DNA of 64,000 nt from NCBI GenBank assembly GCA_963828525.1, contig CAWHEP010000002.1, positions 96,001 to 160,000 of the forward strand. Direction: 5' to 3'. Positions 56,779 through 64,000 of the stretch are shown here, piece by piece (the stretch's first letter is position 1; the number at the start of each line of letters is the position of its first letter). The notes beneath the pieces were generated by a model, which saw nothing but the letters and a program-made list of their open reading frames with translations, ran no database searches and was not told where the DNA came from. A program made the translations under genes and the position numbers. The DNA comes from an uncultured Verrucomicrobiae bacterium. Its GTDB lineage: Bacteria > Verrucomicrobiota > Verrucomicrobiia > Chthoniobacterales > Chthoniobacteraceae.

Positions 56779-56851
56779 TGGAGGTAAGGGGAGTCGAACC
56801 CCTGACCTTCTCATTGCGAACGAGACGCTCTACCAACTGAGCTATACCCCC
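56779..56851 (-). tRNA. tRNA-Ala (CGC)
   Basis: GGGGGTATAGCTCAGTTGGTAGAGCGTCTCGTTCGCAATGAGAAGGTCAGGGGTTCGACTCCCCTTACCTCCA; G3:U70 pair; CCA not encoded. Confidence 0.96.
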
Positions 56852-57056
56852 AAAAAATCGCCAGACTGAACACCGCGAAAGCCAAAAAGCCAGCGTCACA
56901 GCATCCAAACAGAACGCAAATCAGTATCGCCGGGAAAAATACCCCGGCAAGAGGAAAAGAAAGCCTTCCGCTTCCCTGCGCAGCGACAGTTCTTGCCCGT
57001 GAATATTCCATCACAAGCAATATGCAAACGGCCGTACCCTCTGCCACCGGCGCAAA

Positions 57057-57087
57057 GAAAAACGGCCCGCGCTCTCGCGCGGACCGT
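57057..57087 (-). terminator. Rho-independent terminator after the PL4 gene
   Basis: Minus strand ACGGTCCGCGC-GAGA-GCGCGGGCCGT-TTTT. Confidence 0.65.
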
Positions 57088-57126
57088 CGTTCTCCAAGGC
57101 AGTGGACCTGCGTCGGCCGCCCGCTG

Positions 57127-60100
57127 CTATGGGGTTGTCACCGTCACGTAGGCGTGCGGTGAGATCCCGCCCGAATTCACTGCGGTCACCCGGTAGTAGT
57201 AGGTCGTGCCGGAGACAAGGCCCTTGTCGGTCAGGAACGTCTCGACCCCCGCGTTGGCGTAGTTGGCCGGGAACGATCCGAACGACCCGGAGGTCGTGGA
57301 ACGGTAGATCACGTACCCGGTGGCATTGTCGGCGGCGGTCCAGGTGAGTTTCACACTGGTGGAACTCAGCGCCGTGGCGCTCACTCCGCCCGCAGCGCTC
57401 GGGGAAGGCGGCTGCGGCACCGCCATCGCCAGGGCGGAATCCCCGCTCGAGCCGACCGCGTTTACGGCTTTCACCGAGTAGTCGTAAATCTTCCCGTTCG
57501 ACACCGTGGCGTCCGTGTACGTTGTGCCCGTCACGTAGTCGTTCAGGACGATCGTGCGCAGGACGTACGTGCTGCTGGCATTGTTCTCGGCGAGGGTCCT
57601 GCGCGTGATCACGTAATAATTCGCGCCAGGCGTCGCGCCCCAGCTCAGGTTGACTTGGTGCGAGACGGATCCGCTTACGGACAGCGTCGGCGTGGCCGGG
57701 GCCGACGTTGGCAATGTTGACAGCGGCTTGCCCGCTCCCTGCGGGGAATTGGCGCTGAATCCGTTCTGGACGTTCCAGGACTGCACCACGTAGTAATAGA
57801 TGGTGTTGTTGGCCGCCGAGGTGTCGTTAAACGTCGCCACGCTTGAGTCGCTGCCGCTGACCGGTCCGAGGTCTCCGCTCCACAGCGAGACGTAGCCGGA
57901 ACCGGAGGTGGTGCTGCGCAGAATGTTATAGCGGGCCGCCCCGGGCATGACCGGCCAGGTGACCAGGTTGCGATTGTTGCCCGGATAAACCGTGACGCTC
58001 GTAGGTGCCGGCGGCACGAAGCCTTGCAACTCCAGCCGCAGGTAGTCGAGCATCACGTTGTAGGAATAACCCACCTTGTTCATGGCGATGGTTATAGTGT
58101 TCGCGCCCTGGTGGAGCAGGGTGGACGGGAAGTTAATGCGCACGTCCTCGAAGGGTCCGTGCACGCCCATGTGGATGCTGCTGTTATCCATGTAGTTCCC
58201 GTAGGGAGGAGGCGAGAAGCCAGTGCTCAGGAGGGATCCCGCCGGCGACACGGTCACGCCGGAGGCGGTGTCGAGATCCTGCCCGTTGACGCTGAAGACC
58301 ACCTCGCCGCCGTTGTCGCCGGCAATCGCCGCGTAGAGCGCGGTCTTTGCGGACCCGGAGGGCGCGGCGGGCAGGTTGAAGTTGATCGTCGCCTTGGTGG
58401 GCAGGTACGAGCCGGTCGAGTCGATCTGCGAAGGCAGGACGTAATTCCAGTCGGTGTCCCAACGGCTCGCGCCCACGTTGTAGGTGATGCCGTTCGGAAA
58501 CTCCTGGAGATAGTACGCCTGCGCGCCCCAGACCGGGGTGGGGAAGCCCACCTGCGGTGGTAGTTCACCCTGCCAGTAATCCTCGCCGTGGCGGAACTCG
58601 TCGGCCTTACGATCGGGCACGCCGATTTCAAACACGGTCGCGCCATCCCGCTTGGGGGTCCACGTCACCGTGGCAGGCAGGGCGTATGTCCCGCCGCCGG
58701 AGGGGACGGAGATCGACAGCGGCGTCGCCGGACCGGTCGTTTCAAAGGGCGGGGTGCCACCCGCTTGGGGTTGGGACATGAATGTGCCCGCCACGCCTGG
58801 TCCGTAAGCCCACAAGGTGTAATTCGAGCCGGCGATGACATCCGGGATGGTGAAGTTGCCGCCTGAGTCCGTCTGCGCCCAGAATTGGTACGGCTTTAAC
58901 CATTTCTGGAAGTCGAACAACATCGGCGACGAAAAGGACGACGGCTGCTGGATGAGGCCGACCCACGTTCCCGCGACTGCCGGATTGCGGTTGCCCGGGT
59001 CACTGATCGCCAGCTTGCCGGTCACATTCGAGCGGCCCGAGGCCGGGGCGTAGGCCGGATTGGAAAACCAGCTGTAAGGCCACGCGCCTTTTTCGGCGGC
59101 GTCCTGCGCCACCGCGTCGTTAAAGAGCGCCTGCGCGGCCTGCGCCGGGTCTGTGATGGAGGAGGAAACGTTGTTGACGTAAACGAACCATGGGCCGCAG
59201 GTCTTTGACCAGACCTCGTTGTCCCCGACCGCGCTATCCGTGCCTTGGCCGAGTTCCTGGGTCAGGATTTGGTTGGCGATGATATTGCCATAAACCCCGT
59301 CATCGTGCTTGAGGGGGCCGCCGCCATAGTATTCCGGGTGGCCCATCTGCCAGAGGCCTATGTTCGTCCCGGTAGGGCCGACGCTGCTAAAGCCCCAGGC
59401 TCTCTGATCGCCATGATCCAGCGCGGTGCTGAATTTGTTTCCGTACTCGCCTGCCAGCCCGCCACTGGTTGAGATGCCGCTTTCCTTGGGGATGTCGTTG
59501 GCGCGCACGCCCGGCGTCGTTGACTGGGCCCCGGTGAAGAAGTTTCGCAGCGGGTCCGCGCTCAGCCAGTTGAAGCTCGGAGTGACCCGCATGATCAAAC
59601 CGAAGGCGTTGATATTTTCGGCAATATCACCCGCGCCGTGGGTGATGACGCCCGTGGTGTAAAAGCCGGTTGAGCCGCGCAGCATGGTGAAGTGGGTCTC
59701 AAACGTTCCGTCTTGCGCGGTGTCCCCGCGCAGGAGCTCCACGTCCACGCGGTTACCCGAGGGATCGACGGACGCCGAATAGGTAAGCGGGCCGTCGCTG
59801 AAGTTGACGGCCTTCGCCCCGGACGGGAAGGTGATAAAGCCGCCCCAGTAATATTGCCCGGCGGCTTCCAGGACCTCCGTGGTCCGCGTCGTCCCGTTGT
59901 TGTTATACGTGTAATTGATGGAATTCAGTCGCGCGTTGGCCTTGCCGATGTTGATGGCAACAATGCCGTTGGCCACGGTCACGGTGCCGTCGCCGTTGTC
60001 GACCAGGGTAACATTGGCTCCCGTGCCGGTGCCGCCGCCGGGATTGTTGGCGCTCGCGGGCCCGGGGTGGCACCCGAGCGCGAAAATTGACGCGCCCACA

Positions 60101-60216
60101 AGGGCGCGGACCCATTGCGGACCACGTTTGGCGACGTCGCGCAAAGCGCGCGCGCGGCGGGAGGAAATAAACCCAAAGATGGGTTTTACGACACTACGGG
60201 GGGGGGATTTCTTCAT
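57127..60216 (-). CDS. PL4 rhamnogalacturonan lyase-like protein with C-terminal fibronectin type III repeats
   Basis: YQFWAQTD..GNFTIPDV..YTLWAYG, FEIGVPDRKADEF, LHQGANTITI, DYLRLE; three FN3 repeats ending YYYRVTAVN. Confidence 0.8.
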   Translation of the reverse strand: MKKSPPRSVVKPIFGFISSRRARALRDVAKRGPQWVRALVGASIFALGCHPGPASANNPGGGTGTGANVTLVDNGDGTVTVANGIVAINIGKANARLNSINYTYNNNGTTRTTEVLEAAGQYYWGGFITFPSGAKAVNFSDGPLTYSASVDPSGNRVDVELLRGDTAQDGTFETHFTMLRGSTGFYTTGVITHGAGDIAENINAFGLIMRVTPSFNWLSADPLRNFFTGAQSTTPGVRANDIPKESGISTSGGLAGEYGNKFSTALDHGDQRAWGFSSVGPTGTNIGLWQMGHPEYYGGGPLKHDDGVYGNIIANQILTQELGQGTDSAVGDNEVWSKTCGPWFVYVNNVSSSITDPAQAAQALFNDAVAQDAAEKGAWPYSWFSNPAYAPASGRSNVTGKLAISDPGNRNPAVAGTWVGLIQQPSSFSSPMLFDFQKWLKPYQFWAQTDSGGNFTIPDVIAGSNYTLWAYGPGVAGTFMSQPQAGGTPPFETTGPATPLSISVPSGGGTYALPATVTWTPKRDGATVFEIGVPDRKADEFRHGEDYWQGELPPQVGFPTPVWGAQAYYLQEFPNGITYNVGASRWDTDWNYVLPSQIDSTGSYLPTKATINFNLPAAPSGSAKTALYAAIAGDNGGEVVFSVNGQDLDTASGVTVSPAGSLLSTGFSPPPYGNYMDNSSIHMGVHGPFEDVRINFPSTLLHQGANTITIAMNKVGYSYNVMLDYLRLELQGFVPPAPTSVTVYPGNNRNLVTWPVMPGAARYNILRSTTSGSGYVSLWSGDLGPVSGSDSSVATFNDTSAANNTIYYYVVQSWNVQNGFSANSPQGAGKPLSTLPTSAPATPTLSVSGSVSHQVNLSWGATPGANYYVITRRTLAENNASSTYVLRTIVLNDYVTGTTYTDATVSNGKIYDYSVKAVNAVGSSGDSALAMAVPQPPSPSAAGGVSATALSSTSVKLTWTAADNATGYVIYRSTTSGSFGSFPANYANAGVETFLTDKGLVSGTTYYYRVTAVNSGGISPHAYVTVTTP

Positions 60217-60774
60217 GTGCTGTTCCTTTTTTGGGGGGTTGACGGGAAGCCGCGAGAGCGGCTTCGTTCTTCGAGAATGTCAATCATCCCGTGCCCGCGC
60301 AACCAATTTGCGCGCTGTTTTCGGACCGGTTTGCGCGCTTTCCGTTGGTAGATTGCCAAAGCCCGTTCACACCACAGGCAAGCTTCGGAAAAGAGGCATG
60401 AAAAGGGAGAAAAATGGAACGGTGGTTCGAGCTTTGTCCATTGTTTGCAACGGCGGCGGCGGAGCCGTTCCCGATGAACCCGCCGCCAACAACCCGCCCG
60501 CACCACGGCGTCGTGCGTTTTCGCGAGGGCCTAGATGTGGGCGAGGTCGCCACCGGAGTACAACTTCTGCGGACGGCCTTCTCCCCCAGCGCCGCTTGGG
60601 TCGGTTCCGTTCAAGGCAGACGCCAGTCAGCCGCCCCTCAGCTCCCGGAGAATCCCTTCATCGGGAAATCTGCTGGGCGATCTTTATAAAGCGTCATAAA
60701 TGGCGGGACACCAAAATAGCCCAGCGTGATTCGCCATAATGACGACAAACGTCTTGTTCGTTTCTAATGGACTC

Positions 60775-61752
60775 TCATCTCACTGTAATGCTCGTTTTTT
60801 TTCGAGCCCACACACCACGCCAAAGCTCGGCTTCCAGCTGTGCAATTGTCGGAAGGCTGCCCTGAAGTTCGCGGGGCAGGGTTTCGGTAAGATGGGTTTT
60901 CCAGTCGGCAACGGCGATGGATTTGTCGAGGCCCCGCAGCGCGTATTCGACCTCCAGTTTGGTTTTTCCTTTGCAGAGCAACAGGCCAATGGTGGGCTGG
61001 TCCTCGGGGTGGCGCAGCATGTTATCCACTGCAGAGAGGTAGAAATTCATCTGTCCGGTGAACCCTGGCTCAAAAGGAACGGCCTTGAGTTCCACAACAA
61101 CATATCGGCGGAGTTTGAGATGGTAGAAGAGGAGATCAATATACGAGTCCGTGTTGCCAACCTCCAAGTGGACCTGGCGTCCCACGAAGGCAAAGCCCGA
61201 GCCGAGTTCGAGCAGAAATTTCTGGATATGATCCACCAGCGCCTGCTCAACTTCCCGTTCGCGGCGGGGATCAGCAGTGCCGAGGAAGTCGAGAAGGTAC
61301 GGGTCCTTGAATATCTGATTGGGGAGATCAGAATCCGCGGGAGGGAGGGTCGCGGCGAAGTTGTTGACGGAGTTGCCGGAGCGGACGTGGGCGCGGGCCG
61401 CGATTTGCACGGCAAGGACGTTCCGTGACCATCCGTATTCGATGCTTGCCTTGATATACCAGAGGCGGTGGGACGCGGATTTCACTTTTTGTAGGAGGAG
61501 GATGATGTGTCCCCAAGGCAATTGCGAAACAAGCTGTTTCGTAATCTCGGGTTCAGGGAACGCCTCCGCGAACAACTTCATCGAAAGCAGGTTACGCGGA
61601 GAGAGTCCGCCCATATCGGGAAAAGCCTCGCGGAGGTCTGCGGAAAGGCGGTCTATCACCCTGGCTCCCCAACCTTCGGCCTCTTGGCGGGCAATGATGG
61701 TTTGGCCCACCTGCCAGTAGGCCTGCGTAACGGCGACATTTGCAACGAGCAC
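60775..61752 (-). CDS. YhcG/DUF1016 PD-(D/E)xK nuclease; homology extends to ~61830 without a standard start
   Basis: YWQVG, GWGARVIDRLS.DL, LPWGH, KDPYLLDFL, FLLELGSGFAFVGRQ, IDLLFYH, VELK. Confidence 0.92.
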   Translation of the reverse strand: MLVANVAVTQAYWQVGQTIIARQEAEGWGARVIDRLSADLREAFPDMGGLSPRNLLSMKLFAEAFPEPEITKQLVSQLPWGHIILLLQKVKSASHRLWYIKASIEYGWSRNVLAVQIAARAHVRSGNSVNNFAATLPPADSDLPNQIFKDPYLLDFLGTADPRREREVEQALVDHIQKFLLELGSGFAFVGRQVHLEVGNTDSYIDLLFYHLKLRRYVVVELKAVPFEPGFTGQMNFYLSAVDNMLRHPEDQPTIGLLLCKGKTKLEVEYALRGLDKSIAVADWKTHLTETLPRELQGSLPTIAQLEAELWRGVWARKKTSITVR

Positions 61753-62471
61753 GGCGCGCAGTCGGGCTTGGACGAGGTGCTTCTTGATATCGGCAAGCAG
61801 CGATGCGTAGCCAGTCGGCAGCTTCGCCCTCGTTATCTCACCGGGGTTATGCTTTCCAGTCCCTTCTATTCCGCAGGTACTCCGGTGGGGGCGCTTGCTC
61901 GGACAGTTGCCTCAGATTATCAGCGTCCTGGTGCGCCTGGTTGTCGGCGCGTTTCTGTTCCTCCGCGCTCAGCGGGTGCTTGACTGGTGGGCGCACAAGC
62001 AGCTATCGAGCGTCCCGCCTGACGCCTGACAACGCGCTCCACAGCGCATTACGGCGCTCAGAGCGTCCTGCATTCACCGTGTCGCATCGTGTCCGCAACT
62101 TGTCCGATGGTTGAGAAATGCCTTCTTGGGTCTTTCCTCGCGTAAGTCAATAGTCACGTCAATAGCGCCGGTCAAAAAACAGGCTTTTCGGGTCTTTTTC
62201 GGTGCCTCTCCACCCTCGCACTGAGCTATACCCCCAAAAATTTGGAAAGGCAGGAGATACTATGGAGGCAACGCTCACTGCGGCAACCGGAGAATCACGC
62301 AGCGGATTCTGCCGCGATGGCTCCTCTCTCGTCAGGGCTGGGGTCTAACCCAACTGTCACCCCGATAGTGATGTATGGTTGAGGGGAAGCAGGAATGTGC
62401 GAAGCTCGGCGTGAATAGAGCAACCAATTCCCGCTTACAACGCGCAGCATGCCCAAACGCTTTTTGCATCC

Positions 62472-63644
62472 ATGACCAATTCCGTGCTTCCCATCGAAAA
62501 CGCCGTCAGAGAGCGCTATGGCGCCGGGGCTCAGGCTCAGGAAGCCGCGCTGTGCTGTCCGGTGGAATATGATCCCCAGTATCTGAAAGTCATCCCTGCG
62601 GAGGTAATTGAAAAAGATTACGGCTGCGGGGATCCCAGCCGCTTTCTGCGCCCGGGAGAAACGGTCCTCGATTTGGGCAGCGGTACGGGCAAAATTTGCT
62701 TCATCGCCTCACAGGTGGTCGGGCCAGAGGGGCGCGTCATCGGCGTGGATATGACGGACCCCATGCTGGAAGTAGCCCGTCGGAATGCGCCTTTGGTCGC
62801 GGAGCGCGTTGGATATAAAAACGTGGAATTTCGCAAAGGGCGGATTCAGGATTTGGGGCTTGATTTGGAAAGGTTGGACGCGGAGCTCCGCTCGCGGCCC
62901 ATCGATTCGGCGGACGCCTTCCTGGCGGCGGAGGATTTGGCGCGGGAATTAAGGCTCAAGCATCCTCTGGTCGCGACGGAATCAGTCGACGTGGTGGTTT
63001 CCAACTGCGTGCTTAATCTGGTGGAAACCAAGGCCAAAAAGCAGCTCTTCGAGGAGATGTTCCGGGTGCTGAGACTGGGCGGGCGCGCTGTGATCTCCGA
63101 CATCGTGGCGGATGAGGAGGTGCCGCGGGAGTTGCAGGATGATCCAGAGCTTTGGTCCGGCTGCATCTCGGGCGCCCTTACCGAGCGGGGGTTCATGGCG
63201 GCTTTTGAGCAGGCGGGCTTTTACGGGATACAAATTCTGAAGCGGGACAGCGCGCCATGGCGTACGGCGCACGGGATTGAATTTCGCTCGCTCACGGTGG
63301 AGGCTCGCAAAGGCAAGCAAGGGCCTTGCTTCGAGCGGAACCAGGCAGTGATTTACAAAGGTCCCTTCAAGGAAGTGCTGGATGACGACAACCATCGGCG
63401 GGCCCGCGGGCAGAGGAGCGCGGTTTGCGACAAGACGTTCCAACTTTACCGTCAAGCGCCTTACCGGGAGCACTTCGAGTTTATCGAGCCGTTGACGGAT
63501 ATTCCCTTGGAGCAAGCCGCGCCATTCAGTTCGAATCGTTCGCCCTTCCGGCATCCGCGTGAGAGCAAGGGCTTGGAATATAATGCCACAACCGAGGGAT
63601 CTAACTGCTGCGACGCGGGGGGTGGCGGCGGCTGCTGCTGCTAA
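62472..63644 (+). CDS. ArsM-like SAM-dependent methyltransferase
   Basis: LCCPV, YGCGDP, LDLGSGTG, SNCVLNL, WSGCISGA, Cys-rich C-terminus. Confidence 0.8.
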   Translation: MTNSVLPIENAVRERYGAGAQAQEAALCCPVEYDPQYLKVIPAEVIEKDYGCGDPSRFLRPGETVLDLGSGTGKICFIASQVVGPEGRVIGVDMTDPMLEVARRNAPLVAERVGYKNVEFRKGRIQDLGLDLERLDAELRSRPIDSADAFLAAEDLARELRLKHPLVATESVDVVVSNCVLNLVETKAKKQLFEEMFRVLRLGGRAVISDIVADEEVPRELQDDPELWSGCISGALTERGFMAAFEQAGFYGIQILKRDSAPWRTAHGIEFRSLTVEARKGKQGPCFERNQAVIYKGPFKEVLDDDNHRRARGQRSAVCDKTFQLYRQAPYREHFEFIEPLTDIPLEQAAPFSSNRSPFRHPRESKGLEYNATTEGSNCCDAGGGGGCCC

Positions 63645-63645
63645 G

Positions 63646-64000
63646 ATGAGCTTTCCCAGCGCCCTCGCTGAGCGGAACCTGGATCTGCGCCGCGCGAGCC
63701 CGGAGATTCTGCAACTCAATGTAGGCAAGCTCTGCAATCTTACCTGCGTGCATTGCCATGTGAACGCGGGACCGCGCCGCAAGGAAATCATCACGCGCGA
63801 AACCCTGGACCGAACGCTGGATTGGCTGGAAGGCACGGGCATCGGCACGTTGGATCTAACCGGCGGCGCTCCCGAAATGATCCCGGACTTTCGCCATGCC
63901 ATCCTGCGGGTGCGCGCCATGCTCCCGGTGCGCCGGATTATTGATCGCTGCAATCTGACCATTCTGCTGGAGCCCGGGTACGACGGGCTGGCGGAGTTCC
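63646..64000 (+). CDS. arsS: ArsS-type arsenosugar biosynthesis radical SAM protein (partial; not in ORF track)
   Basis: LQLNVGKLCNLTCVHCHVNAGP, LDLTGGAPEM, IDRCNLTILLEPG. Confidence 0.85.
   Translation, partial: MSFPSALAERNLDLRRASPEILQLNVGKLCNLTCVHCHVNAGPRRKEIITRETLDRTLDWLEGTGIGTLDLTGGAPEMIPDFRHAILRVRAMLPVRRIIDRCNLTILLEPGYDGLAEF

Larger units (their letters stand above)
56836..62240. mobile_element. Putative integrated islet bounded by 21-bp direct repeats of the tRNA-Ala 5' end
   Basis: ACTGAGCTATACCCCCAAAAA at 56836-56856 and 62220-62240; no integrase visible. Confidence 0.65.

Noticed and set aside
61860..62140. Integrase remnant at the islet end
   Set aside because: No tyrosine- or serine-recombinase motifs in the frames I read

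Overview
GC-rich bacterial chromosomal segment. Gene style suggests Verrucomicrobiota (Chthoniobacterales-like); this is inference. Many conserved genes carry single-base frameshifts, which points to uncorrected long-read consensus error. Left to right: a C10 (streptopain-like) peptidase; Wzc/Wza polysaccharide export genes; a 261-bp MITE; a signalling cluster (NarL regulator, isolated HisKA_3, receiver, CheB-CheR-PAS-kinase fusion); a GH106 rhamnosidase; a truncated cyclophilin; a DmeF CDF transporter; an AT-richer islet beside tRNA-Phe (SPFH pair, plus a TIGR04255-like/unknown/MBL-hydrolase operon broken by a tandem IS dimer and a nonsense codon); a housekeeping block (chdC, larE, rhodanese-sufE, HPr, sua5, purKE, csp, aroK, queG, ahcY, metK, sahR); a 14-kb surface-glycosylation/unusual-sugar cluster; tRNA-Ala; a 5.4-kb islet bounded by a duplicated tRNA 5' end (PL4 lyase, YhcG nuclease); and arsM-like/arsS genes. 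Best novelty candidates: (1) a conserved ~117-aa Tyr/Phe-rich C-terminal domain shared by two unrelated enzymes, possibly an undescribed sorting/surface-anchoring module; (2) the TIGR04255-unknown-MBL operon as a possible defence/TA system; (3) integration at the tRNA 5' end; (4) a MITE and IS sharing termini.
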